From positions 5,886-29,885 of the forward strand of contig JAAYBB010000011.1 in the NCBI GenBank assembly GCA_012719075.1: a DNA stretch of 24,000 nt. The letters are read 5' to 3'. The position numbers and the translations under genes were made by a program. Shown piece after piece: positions 6,647 through 15,596 of the stretch. Source of the DNA: Clostridiales bacterium. Its GTDB lineage: Bacteria; Bacillota; Clostridia; Oscillospirales; Feifaniaceae. The notes below the pieces were generated by a model that did not search any database, was not told the DNA's origin, and worked only from the letters and a program-made list of their open reading frames with translations. How positions within the stretch are numbered: position 1 is the first letter of the stretch; each line of letters starts with the position of its first letter.

Positions 6647-8713
6647 ATGAAGCAATACCCCATGGACAAGGTGCGAAACGTCGTCTTACTCGGGCAGGGG
6701 CGCTCGGGGAAGACATCCTTTGTGGAGGCCGCCCTGTATCTGAACAAGGGGACCGACCGCTTTGGCAAGGTGAATGACGGCACGACGGTCAGCGACTACG
6801 ACCCGGAGGAAATCAGGCGCCAGATCTCCATCTCGCTGACCGTGGCGCCGGTGGAATATCAGGGCTGCAAGCTCAACCTGATCGACACCCCCGGCTACCT
6901 CGACTTTGTCGGCGAGGTCATGCAGGGTGTGCGCGTGGCGGAGACCGCGCTGATCGTGGTCTCGGGCAAGGACGGCCCCGGCGTGGGCACCGAAAAGGGC
7001 TTTGCCTACGCCACGGCGGGCGGGCTGTCCAAGCTGTTCTTCGTCGGCCGCATGGACGAGGAGCACGTGGACTACTTCAAGGTGGTCGAGCAGCTGCGCG
7101 AGACCTTTGGCATCTCGGTCTGCCCGATCAACTGCCCGATCATGGAGGGCGATCGCATGGTCGGCCTGGTCGACTTTGTCGAGCGCAACGTCAAGACCTT
7201 TAAAAACGGCGTGGCCGAGGTCAGGGAGCTGCCCGAGGACATCGGGCCGCAGGCCTCCCACCTGTGGGACATGCTCAGCGAGTCGGTGGCCGAAACCTCC
7301 GAGGAGCTGATGGAGAAGTACTTCGGCGGGGAGTACTTCACGCGGGACGAGACGGTGCAGGCCCTCAAGGCCGGCATTGCCGAAGGCACCATCGCGCCGG
7401 TCATGTGCGGCTCGGCCATCTCGCTCGAGGGGGTCAACCTGGTGGTCGACATGCTGGCCAAGGCCACCCCCTCGCCGGCCGACCGCGGCGAGACCCAGGC
7501 CACCGTCGACGGCAAGGAGGCCGCGCTCAAGGCCGACCCGGCCGGCGACCTGGCCGCCATCGTCTTCAAGACCGTGGCCGACCCCTTCGTGGGCAAGATG
7601 TCCTTCTTCAAGGTGGTCTCGGGCACCATGAAGGCCGACAGCCAGGTCACCAACAGCACCAACGGGCAGAATGAAAAGATCGGCAAGCTGTTCTTCATCC
7701 GCGGCAACAAGCAGCAGGAGACCGCCGCGGTGGGGGCCGGCGACATCGGCTTTGTCAGCAAGCTGGGCGCCACTGTGACCGGCGACACCCTCTGCGCGGC
7801 CGGCAAGAAGATCGTGCTGCCCGGCATCACCTTCCCGCGCCCGGCCTATGCCATGAGCATCTCGCCGCTGGCCAAGGGGGATGAGGAGAAGATCTCGACC
7901 GGCCTGCAGCGCCTGGCCGAGGAGGACCGCACCTTCACCTATGCGCTCAACCCCGAGACCAAGCAGCAGGTCGTCTCCGGCCTGGGCGACGTGCACCTCG
8001 ACGTGCTGGTCAGCAAGCTCAAGAACAAGTTCGGCACCGGCGTCGAGCTGGGGCCGATCAAGGTGCCCTACCGCGAGACCATCCGCAAGAAGGTCAAGGT
8101 GCAGGGCCGCCACAAGAAGCAGTCGGGCGGCCACGGCCAGTTTGGCGACGTCTGGGTCGAGTTCGAGCCCGGCGACACCGAAGACCTGATCTTCGAGGAG
8201 CACGTCTTTGGCGGCTCGGTGCCCAAGAACTTCTTCCCGGCCGTCGAAAAGGGCCTGCGCGAGTCCATCCAGAAGGGCGTTTTGGCCGGCTATCCGGTGG
8301 TCAACCTCAAGGCCACGCTGGTGGACGGCTCCTACCACCCGGTCGACTCCTCCGAAATGGCCTTTAAGGTGGCCGCCAACCTGGCCTACAAGGCCGGCAT
8401 GACGCAGGCCAGCCCCGTGCTGCTCGAGCCCATCGGCAGCCTCAAGGTCCGGATTCCCGACAGCATGATGGGCGACATTATCGGCGACATCAACAAGCGC
8501 CGCGGCCGCATTCTGGGCATGAACCCGGTGGCCGGCGGCCTGCAGGAGGTGGACGCCGAGGTGCCGATGGCCGAGATGAACGGCTACGCCGTCGACCTGC
8601 GCTCCATGACCCAGGGCCGGGGCGACTTTGAGCTGGAGCTCGCCCGCTACGAGGAGGCGCCGGCCAATGTGGCCCAGAAGGTCATCCAGGAGGCCGCCGC
8701 CGGCGAGGAGTGA
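6647..8713 (+). CDS. Elongation factor G paralog (EFG-II-like translational GTPase)
   Basis: AGGAGGG RBS at 6634-6640. 688 aa with a GTPase domain (GQGRSGKT, DTPGY, GRMD) and EF-G domains II-V (e.g. HLDVLVSKLKNKFG, GGHGQFGDVW, VDGSYHPVDSSEMAFK, LLEPI). The DxPGY form is as recalled for Thermus EF-G-2. Confidence 0.9.
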   Translation: MKQYPMDKVRNVVLLGQGRSGKTSFVEAALYLNKGTDRFGKVNDGTTVSDYDPEEIRRQISISLTVAPVEYQGCKLNLIDTPGYLDFVGEVMQGVRVAETALIVVSGKDGPGVGTEKGFAYATAGGLSKLFFVGRMDEEHVDYFKVVEQLRETFGISVCPINCPIMEGDRMVGLVDFVERNVKTFKNGVAEVRELPEDIGPQASHLWDMLSESVAETSEELMEKYFGGEYFTRDETVQALKAGIAEGTIAPVMCGSAISLEGVNLVVDMLAKATPSPADRGETQATVDGKEAALKADPAGDLAAIVFKTVADPFVGKMSFFKVVSGTMKADSQVTNSTNGQNEKIGKLFFIRGNKQQETAAVGAGDIGFVSKLGATVTGDTLCAAGKKIVLPGITFPRPAYAMSISPLAKGDEEKISTGLQRLAEEDRTFTYALNPETKQQVVSGLGDVHLDVLVSKLKNKFGTGVELGPIKVPYRETIRKKVKVQGRHKKQSGGHGQFGDVWVEFEPGDTEDLIFEEHVFGGSVPKNFFPAVEKGLRESIQKGVLAGYPVVNLKATLVDGSYHPVDSSEMAFKVAANLAYKAGMTQASPVLLEPIGSLKVRIPDSMMGDIIGDINKRRGRILGMNPVAGGLQEVDAEVPMAEMNGYAVDLRSMTQGRGDFELELARYEEAPANVAQKVIQEAAAGEE

Positions 8714-8774
8714 TCCCTCTCTGCTGGAGCGCCAGCCCGGCTTCGCGACAACGCGTGAAATACGGAAAAATATG

Positions 8775-8802
8775 GCGGGGGCGCACCTGGGTGCGCCCCC
8801 GC
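8775..8802. terminator. Strong GC hairpin between convergent genes
   Basis: GCGGGGGCGCAC / GTGCGCCCCCGC, 12 bp with a 4-nt loop. The T-run (TATTTTT) is on the minus strand only, so it fits best as the terminator of the minus-strand membrane gene. It may also stall EF-G paralog transcripts. Confidence 0.55.
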
Positions 8803-8852
8803 TCAAATGAACAAGGGGTTTTGACCGTCTCCGGCAGGGAAAGGGTCGGGGC

Positions 8853-9452
8853 TCAGGGCTCGAGGCCCTGAGGCTGCCCCGAGGTCTGCCCGCCTGTGGT
8901 TGACAGAGCGCCGCCCTGCGTCTGAGCCGGCGCCCTGGGTCCCGCCCAGAGGGCCGAGAGGCGCAGCACCGTGTACAGCGCATCGGTCAGCATCAGCGCA
9001 AAGAGGCCCACGGCAATCCACGAGGCCACCGGCTCGGGCAGTTGCGCGGTGTAGGCCGCAACCGGCGCGTGGACCAGCTTGACCACGGCCACGCTGAGCA
9101 GGCCAAAGGCGAGGGCGCCGCGCAAATAGACGCGCCCGTTGAGGTTCAGGGGCTTGTCCGAGTAGTCCCACCAACGCGTGCGGAACAGCTCCTCCATGAC
9201 CCAGGAGGTGAAGTACTCGAGCAGGCAGGTCAGCAGAGCACCCGCGAGGAAGAGCAGCAGCGGGTGTTCGATGCCGCTCAGCAGCCAGATGACCAACAGG
9301 GCGCCCACGCCGTAAATCGGGCAGTAGGGTCCGCAGAGAAACCCGCGATTGATCAATCTGCCCGCCCTCGAGGAACAGAACGCAACCTCCCAGACCCAAC
9401 CGGCGGCACTGTAGAGCACAAACCAGATGAAGTAGTTTTTTAACCAGACCAT
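8853..9452 (-). CDS. Polytopic membrane protein; resembles the 'putative ABC-transporter type IV' (CmpB-like, PF06541) family from memory
   Basis: Start chosen at MVWLKNYFIW (ATG at 9452) with GGAGG 9 nt upstream. Motifs GPYCPIYGVG and WWDYSDKPLNLNGR. Several hydrophobic spans and a low-complexity C-terminal tail. Confidence 0.7.
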   Translation of the reverse strand: MVWLKNYFIWFVLYSAAGWVWEVAFCSSRAGRLINRGFLCGPYCPIYGVGALLVIWLLSGIEHPLLLFLAGALLTCLLEYFTSWVMEELFRTRWWDYSDKPLNLNGRVYLRGALAFGLLSVAVVKLVHAPVAAYTAQLPEPVASWIAVGLFALMLTDALYTVLRLSALWAGPRAPAQTQGGALSTTGGQTSGQPQGLEP

Positions 9453-10013
9453 CCCAAAACGCCTCCAAAGTCCCTGCGATGATTTTTCCGCGGACCGATG
9501 CGGCGCCCGCATTCGCGGGCTCCGCTCCGGTTAGTTTTACCGGGTGGGCGGCTATTATCAGTGAAGGGCCCGGTTTTTGCCGCACTTTCTGTGCGCAACC
9601 GCGCGGGCATGTATCCGCGGCTGCTGGACCACGCCGCCCGCATGCACATGTATTCTCCTGACCATACGTGGCGGTGCCCGCGCGGGCGGCCGCCCGCTCT
9701 TTTAGAACTTACCGTCCTCGGCACGGCCTTTCTGCGTACTTGCCCGTGCAGGCAGTCGCGGGTAGGGTTTTAGGCAAGCTCGATTTTCCCCGTATATTCT
9801 GCATGTGCGCCCGCGCGGGCAGCTGCGAAATACAGCTGTCGCCGGGCCAAAGGCCTGGCCGCTTGCTGCACACGGACACACGCGTGTGTCCTCCTACCAC
9901 ACACGCCCGCACAAGTGGCCGCAGAGCGAGGGCGAGACCCGCTCCCCAAAAAGCCCCCGCAGAACCGCCCTCGCGGGTGGCCGTCCCCCGCCCCGGCGAA
10001 TTTCCGAAACGCC

Positions 10014-10042
10014 TTGAATGGGCGGGACGGGTATAGTATAAT
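10014..10042 (+). promoter_or_regulatory. Candidate promoter for the pyrH-frr cluster
   Basis: TTGAAT (10014-10019), 17-nt spacer, TATAAT (10037-10042). Confidence 0.5.
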
Positions 10043-10121
10043 AGAACCGGTTAAAAAACGGTCCCGCGTCAACGGCCCGCAGAGGCCCCGGCAGGGCCGG
10101 CATCATCTGCGACAAGGGGGA

Positions 10122-10862
10122 ATGTGGCGCGTGCATCCCAAACCGGTCTACAAGCGGGTTTTGCTCAAAATCAGCGGCGAGGCGCTGGCCGGCCAGCGCC
10201 GGTTCGGCATCGACCAGGCCACGCTGGACAGCATCTGTGCCGACATCAAGCGGGTGGCCGACGAGGGCGTGCAGATCGGCATTGTCTGCGGCGGCGGCAA
10301 CTACTGGCGGGGGCGGGACTTCCCCGCGATGGAGCGCACCCGGGCCGACCACGCGGGCATGCTGGCCACCGTCATCAACGGGCTGGCGCTGCAGGACTGC
10401 CTGCTGGCGCTGGGGGCAGAGGCCAGGCTGCAGACCGCCATCGAGATGCGCACCATCGCCGAGTTCTACACCCGGAGCCGCGCCATCACCCACCTCGAGC
10501 GCGGCTGCATCATGATCTTTGCGGCCGGCACCGGCAACCCCTACTTCTCCACCGACACGGCGGCGGCGCTGCGGGCGGCCGAGATCAACGCCGACGCCAT
10601 CCTGCTGGCCAAGCGCATCGACGGCATCTACACCGACGACCCCGAGAAGAACGGCGACGCGCGCTTTATCGAGCAGATCAGCTACATCGAGGTGCTCAAC
10701 CGGCGCCTTGGCGTGATGGACGCCACCGCCACCTCGCTGTGTATGGACAACAACATCCCCATCGTGGTCTTCGGCATCAGCGACCCCAACAACATCCTGC
10801 GGGTGGTCCGCGGGGAGCGCATCGGGTCGATCGTGTGCGAAAACCCGGTGCTGCAGACCTGA
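10122..10862 (+). CDS. pyrH: UMP kinase
   Basis: [41 protein letters not shown]. The start is either ATG 10122 or in-frame GTG 10131; the latter is better spaced from AAGGGGG at 10114-10120. The track ORF from 9915 is an upstream extension. Confidence 0.9.
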   Translation: MWRVHPKPVYKRVLLKISGEALAGQRRFGIDQATLDSICADIKRVADEGVQIGIVCGGGNYWRGRDFPAMERTRADHAGMLATVINGLALQDCLLALGAEARLQTAIEMRTIAEFYTRSRAITHLERGCIMIFAAGTGNPYFSTDTAAALRAAEINADAILLAKRIDGIYTDDPEKNGDARFIEQISYIEVLNRRLGVMDATATSLCMDNNIPIVVFGISDPNNILRVVRGERIGSIVCENPVLQT

Positions 10863-10918
10863 ACCGCCTTTACACCCACCCCAGAGGACGGGTTGACGAA
10901 CAGGAGGGAAACGAGACG

Positions 10919-11473
10919 ATGAAGGAATATTATCAGGAGTACGAGAACAAAATGAACAAGGCGCTCTCGGTGCTGGAGCAGGACTACAAGGGCGTGCGGG
11001 CCGGCCGTGCCAACCCGGCCGTGCTCGACCGGCTGAGCGTGGACTACTACGGCACCCCCACGCCCGTGAACCAGCTGGCCGCGCTGGCCGTGGCCGAGGC
11101 GCGGATTCTGGCCATCACGCCTTACGACCAGGGCACCCTCAAGGCGATCGAGAAGGCCATTTTGGCCTCCGACATCGGCATCAACCCCCAAAACGACGGG
11201 CGCACGATCCGCCTAGTCTTCCCGCCGCTGACCGAGGAGCGCCGCCGCGAGCTGGCCAAGACGGTCAAAAAGATGGCCGAGGACACCAAGGTGGCCGTGC
11301 GCAACGTGCGGCGGGACGCCATAGACCAGTTTAAAAAGCTGCAGAAGAAGTCCGAGATCACCGAGGACGACCTCAAGAACGGCGAAAAGGATGTCCAGGA
11401 GATGACCGACCGCTACATCAAGAAGATCGACGAGGTGGCGGCGGCCAAGGAGAAGGAGATCCTCGAGGTCTGA
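10919..11473 (+). CDS. frr: Ribosome recycling factor
   Basis: AGGAGGGA RBS at 10902-10909. 184 aa with VRAGRANPAVLD, ITPYD, NPQNDG, VAVRNVRRDA. Confidence 0.95.
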   Translation: MKEYYQEYENKMNKALSVLEQDYKGVRAGRANPAVLDRLSVDYYGTPTPVNQLAALAVAEARILAITPYDQGTLKAIEKAILASDIGINPQNDGRTIRLVFPPLTEERRRELAKTVKKMAEDTKVAVRNVRRDAIDQFKKLQKKSEITEDDLKNGEKDVQEMTDRYIKKIDEVAAAKEKEILEV

Positions 11474-11517
11474 TCCGGGCTTTTGCGCGCATACAGGAGT
11501 GCGAATTTGACCGGCCG

Positions 11518-11550
11518 AGCGCCTGGAGCGGATCCCGCTCCGGGCGCTTT
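11518..11550 (+). terminator. Hairpin between frr and uppS (possible partial terminator)
   Basis: 14-bp arms AGCGCCTGGAGCGG / CCGCTCCGGGCGCT with one G-U pair and an ATC loop. Only TTT follows. Confidence 0.35.
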
Positions 11551-11622
11551 ACCATCCGGGATGTGCACAGAGTCCCCGCAGACGGCGGGGGTGGGCTGCC
11601 CTCCCGGCTTTTCGGAGGGCGT

Positions 11623-12363
11623 ATGCTTCGACCGTTTTGGAAGAGGCCGGCCGCCGTGCCGCCGGCCGCAGTTGACAAAGACAAGATCCCGGCCCACATC
11701 GCCATCATCATGGACGGCAACGGGCGCTGGGCCGCGGCCCGCAACCTGCCCCGCTCGGCGGGGCACCGCGAGGGGGCGCGGAACTTTCGCCGCATCGCCG
11801 GCCACTGCAAGGACATCGGCGTGAAGTACCTGACCGTCTACGCCTTCTCGACCGAGAACTGGAAGCGCCCGCGCGAAGAGGTGGACACCATCATGGGCCT
11901 GTTCCGCGAGTACCTGCAGGAGGCGGCCGAGGAGCTCAAGACGCACAACATCCAGATCCGGGTGCTCGGCGACCTGACGATTTTTCACGGTGAGCTGCGC
12001 CGCCTGATCGACGAGGTGCAGGCCATGAACCACCGCGAGGGCGCGCTGATCGCCAACCTCGCGGTCAACTACGGGGGCCGGGCCGAGCTCGTGCGCGCCG
12101 CCAATGCGGCGGCCGCGCAAAAGCAGGGCCCGCTGACCGAGCGGGACATCGAGGCGCAGCTCTACACGGCCGGGCAGCCCGAGCCCGACCTGATCATCCG
12201 CCCCTCGGGCGAGTACCGCCTCTCGGGCTTTCTGCTGTGGCAGTGCGCCTACAGCGAGCTCTACTTCACCGACGTCCTCTGGCCCGACTTCACGCCCGAG
12301 CACCTCGATGCCGCCATTGCGGCCTATCAGCAGCGCAGCCGGCGCTACGGCGGACTGAGCTGA
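11623..12363 (+). CDS. uppS: Undecaprenyl-diphosphate synthase (isoprenyl transferase)
   Basis: ATG 11623 follows GGAGGG. HIAIIMDGNGRWA, FSTENWKRP, RPSGEYRLSGFLLWQ..YSELYF. The track start at 11563 has no RBS. Confidence 0.9.
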   Translation: MLRPFWKRPAAVPPAAVDKDKIPAHIAIIMDGNGRWAAARNLPRSAGHREGARNFRRIAGHCKDIGVKYLTVYAFSTENWKRPREEVDTIMGLFREYLQEAAEELKTHNIQIRVLGDLTIFHGELRRLIDEVQAMNHREGALIANLAVNYGGRAELVRAANAAAAQKQGPLTERDIEAQLYTAGQPEPDLIIRPSGEYRLSGFLLWQCAYSELYFTDVLWPDFTPEHLDAAIAAYQQRSRRYGGLS

Positions 12364-12429
12364 CCAAAATTTACATCCGGGGCACCAACGACAGCGGGGC
12401 CGCAGCGCGGCCCGCGGGCGGGAGACGCG

Positions 12430-13251
12430 ATGTTTGACAAGAAGTTCTTTGCGGGGGCGGCCTACTTCCTGCTGGCCCTGCCCCTCTTCCACTACTCGCA
12501 CACGGCGGCGCTGCCCATCGTGCTGGCGCTGATCGCAGCGCGCTGCGTCTACGAGGCGCTGTGGGTCTCGGGCTACCCCGAGGCGCGGGCCATGCTGCCG
12601 GCCAGCCTGGCGCTGGCCGCCGCCACGCCCTTTTTTGCCCACCTGCCGGCGCCCGTGGGGCCGCTGCTCTGCTACCTCTACCTGATGCTGGCGCTGCTGC
12701 GCTACCTGCTGCACTACCGCGAGGCCAACCTGCTGCAGACGCTCTACGCCGCCTCGATGACGCTGGCGCTCTCGCAGGGCATCGGCGTTGCGGCCCGCGC
12801 ACGGCTGCTCTTTGGCGGCGGGCTCGGGCTGTGGGTGCTGGTGCTGACCTTTGTGGGCACCTGGGCCAGCGATGTGGCGGCCCAATTCAGCGGCAAGCTG
12901 TTCGGGCGGCACAAACTGGGCACGCCGGTCTCCCCCAACAAGACCGTGGAGGGCTGCGTCGGCGCGCTGGCCGTGACGGCGCTGGTCTTTGCGGCGGCGG
13001 CCTGGCTGCTGCAGAGCCGCGGCGGCCACACCGTCCCGCTGCTGCCGATGGCCGGCCTCGGGCTGCTGGTGTCGGTGGCGGCGCAGCTCGGAGACCTGCT
13101 GGCCTCGGCCGTCAAGCGGCAGTTTGGCATCAAGGACTTCAGCAACTTAATCCCGGGCCACGGCGGCATGTACGACCGCTTCGACTCCTTTGTCGCGGTG
13201 GCGCCGCTGGTCTACCTGGCCTTTCGCCTGATGGAGGGGAGTTTGATTTAA
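12430..13251 (+). CDS. cdsA: Phosphatidate cytidylyltransferase
   Basis: Membrane protein carrying the CdsA signature SAVKRQFGIKDFSNLIPGHGGMYDRFDS. Confidence 0.85.
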   Translation: MFDKKFFAGAAYFLLALPLFHYSHTAALPIVLALIAARCVYEALWVSGYPEARAMLPASLALAAATPFFAHLPAPVGPLLCYLYLMLALLRYLLHYREANLLQTLYAASMTLALSQGIGVAARARLLFGGGLGLWVLVLTFVGTWASDVAAQFSGKLFGRHKLGTPVSPNKTVEGCVGALAVTALVFAAAAWLLQSRGGHTVPLLPMAGLGLLVSVAAQLGDLLASAVKRQFGIKDFSNLIPGHGGMYDRFDSFVAVAPLVYLAFRLMEGSLI

Positions 13252-14438
13252 TGCAGCCTAAGACGCTCTGCGTGCTGGGCTCCACCGGCTCGGTGGGCCG
13301 ACAGGCCCTCGAGGTGGCGGCCGCACAGGGGATCCCGGTCCGGGCGCTCACGGGCGGGCAAAATGCCGCGCTCATGGAGGCGCAGGCCCGCGCCTGCTCG
13401 CCGGCGCTGGTGGCCATGGCCGACGAGACGGCCGCCGCACAGCTGCGCGAACGGCTGTTCGGCAGCGGCATCCAGGTGCTGGCCAGGCCGCAGGGCGTGG
13501 AGCGGGCGGCCGCGATGGGCTGCGACGCCGTGCTCTCGGCCATCCTGGGGGCGGCCGGCATCCTGCCCACGTTGGCGGCCATCAAGACCGGCTGCCGCGT
13601 CGCGCTGGCCAACAAGGAGGCGCTGGTGGCGGCCGGCAGCATCGTGATGCCGGCCGTGCGGCGCCACGGCGCCACGCTGCTGCCGGTGGACAGCGAGCAC
13701 TCGGCCATCTTCCAGTGCCTGCTGACGGCCGGCCCCGGCCGCCCGGTGCGGCGGGTGCTGCTGACAGCCTCGGGCGGGCCCTTTTTCGGCCGCACCCGCG
13801 CCGAGCTGGCGCAGGTGACCGCCCGGCAGGCGCTGGCCCACCCCTCCTGGCGCATGGGCGGAAAAATCACGGTGGACTCGGCCACGCTGATGAACAAGGG
13901 GCTCGAGGTCATCGAGCTGGCCGTGCTCTTCGACCTGCCGCTCGAGAAGATCGAGGTGCTGGTGCACCGCGAGAGCATCGTGCACTCGATGGTCGAGTTC
14001 GAGGACCGCGCGGTCATGGCCCAGCTCGGGCGGCCCGATATGCGGGTGCCGATCCAGTACGCGCTGACCTATCCGCAGCGCCTGCCGCTCGAGGCCGAGC
14101 CGCTGGACCTGGTGGCCCTCGGCCGCCTGAGCTTTGCGGCGCCCGACGAGCAGACCTTCGGCGCGCTCGAGCTCTGCCGGAGGGCGTACCGCAGGGGAGG
14201 CACCGCGCCGGCGGCGCTCTCGGCCGCAAACGAAGTGGCGGTGGGGCTGTTTTTGCAGGGCGAGCTGCCCTTTTTGGCCATCGAGCAGCTCTGCCGCGAA
14301 GTGCTGGACCGGCATGTGCAAATTGAGGCCCCGACGCTGGAGCAGATCCTGGCCGCCGACGCGGCCGCCCGCGCACAGGCCGCCGCGCTGGCCGAGCCAC
14401 TGCGCGGGGCGGCGCAGGCAGAATTGCCGCAAGTTTAA
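13251..14438 (+). CDS. dxr: 1-deoxy-D-xylulose-5-phosphate reductoisomerase
   Basis: The start overlaps the cdsA stop (TAATG). LGSTGSVGRQAL, LANKEALV, PVDSEHSAIFQCL, NKGLEVIE. The track ORF from 12561 is an upstream extension. Confidence 0.95.
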   Translation: MQPKTLCVLGSTGSVGRQALEVAAAQGIPVRALTGGQNAALMEAQARACSPALVAMADETAAAQLRERLFGSGIQVLARPQGVERAAAMGCDAVLSAILGAAGILPTLAAIKTGCRVALANKEALVAAGSIVMPAVRRHGATLLPVDSEHSAIFQCLLTAGPGRPVRRVLLTASGGPFFGRTRAELAQVTARQALAHPSWRMGGKITVDSATLMNKGLEVIELAVLFDLPLEKIEVLVHRESIVHSMVEFEDRAVMAQLGRPDMRVPIQYALTYPQRLPLEAEPLDLVALGRLSFAAPDEQTFGALELCRRAYRRGGTAPAALSAANEVAVGLFLQGELPFLAIEQLCREVLDRHVQIEAPTLEQILAADAAARAQAAALAEPLRGAAQAELPQV

Positions 14439-14564
14439 TCATTTGTCCACCATACATGCGGCGCCTTGGGGTAAAATAGACTATTATGGCCCGCCACATC
14501 GGCCGTGCCCATGGAGGCCGCAGGGCGCTGCGCCGCAACAACGCGTGTTTGAAGGGGTGTTGCA

Positions 14565-15596
14565 TTGATCTGGGCAATTATCATTTTCGGCCTGCTGATC
14601 CTCGTGCACGAGGCGGGGCACTTTGCCGCGGCCAGGTGGGCGGGCATCACGGTGCTGGAGTTTTCGATCGGCATGGGCCCCGCGCTCTGGTCGACCGAGC
14701 GCGGGGGCACCCGCTACTCGCTGCGCCTGCTGCCCATCGGCGGCTATGTCAAAATGGACGGCGAGGACCCCGACCAGGAGACGCCACCCGACCTGCCGCC
14801 GCGGGGGACCAGGCGCTTTAACGAGGTCTCGCTGGGCCGGCGGGCGGTGGTGCTGTCGGCCGGCGCGCTGATGAACCTGTTCTGCGCGCTGCTGGTCATG
14901 CTGGCGCTGACGGCCGGCAGCGAGTTTCTGGTCTCGACCCAGGTGGCCGAGCTGCGGGCGGGCAATGTCTCGGGCCAGGCCGGCCTCGCGCCGGGCGACC
15001 GCATCCTGCGGGTGGACGGCCGCCGCATCCACATCGCCGACGACATCGTCTACGCCATCCTGGGGGCCGGCGAGGCGCCGGTCACCATGCTGGTGGAGCG
15101 GGCGGGGCAGCGGGTGCAGCTCGAGGGCGTAGAGTTCCCGGTCCAAAACGGCCGCTTTCAGCCCGACTTTGCCTGTTACCGCCTACAGAAGACGCTGCCC
15201 AGGGTGCTGCACGAGGGCCTGTTCCGCTGTGTCGGGCTGGTGCGGGAGATCTACCTCTCGCTGTTCGGCATGCTGACCGGCCAGTACGGCCTCGAGGACC
15301 TCTCGGGCCCGGTCGGGGCCACGCAGGCCATCAGCGAGGCCTCCAAGGACGGCTTTGGCACGCTGGTCTCCTTTGCCGTCTTCATCAGCATCAACCTCGG
15401 CATTTTCAACCTGCTGCCCTTCCCGGCGCTGGACGGCGGGCGCCTGCTCTTTTTACTGATCGAAAAGCTGCGCGGCCGCGCGCTGAAGCCCGAGGTCGAG
15501 GGGCTCTTCAACCTCGTGGGCTTTGCGCTGCTGATGCTACTGGTGGCGGCCGTGACCTTCCGCGACGTCGCCAACCTATTCAGGGGGGCGGCCTGA
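14565..15596 (+). CDS. rseP: Site-2 (RseP/RasP-type) zinc metalloprotease
   Basis: TTG start 7 nt after GAAGGGG. HEAGH at the N-terminus, a PDZ-like GLAPGDRILRVDG, and NLLPFPALDGG. Confidence 0.85.
   Translation: MIWAIIIFGLLILVHEAGHFAAARWAGITVLEFSIGMGPALWSTERGGTRYSLRLLPIGGYVKMDGEDPDQETPPDLPPRGTRRFNEVSLGRRAVVLSAGALMNLFCALLVMLALTAGSEFLVSTQVAELRAGNVSGQAGLAPGDRILRVDGRRIHIADDIVYAILGAGEAPVTMLVERAGQRVQLEGVEFPVQNGRFQPDFACYRLQKTLPRVLHEGLFRCVGLVREIYLSLFGMLTGQYGLEDLSGPVGATQAISEASKDGFGTLVSFAVFISINLGIFNLLPFPALDGGRLLFLLIEKLRGRALKPEVEGLFNLVGFALLMLLVAAVTFRDVANLFRGAA

Noticed and set aside
8803-9585. 260-aa minus-strand ORF overlapping the membrane-protein gene in another frame.
   Set aside because: Its translation is Arg/Ala/Gly/Pro-rich with no motifs. 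The 8853-9452 frame has hydrophobic spans, family motifs and an RBS.
10060-10100. PyrR-binding-loop-like sequence (CCGCAGAGGCCCC) in the pyrH leader.
   Set aside because: It is only a partial match to the remembered ARUCCAGAGAGGYU motif. There is no adjacent terminator/antiterminator pair, and pyrH is not a usual PyrR target.
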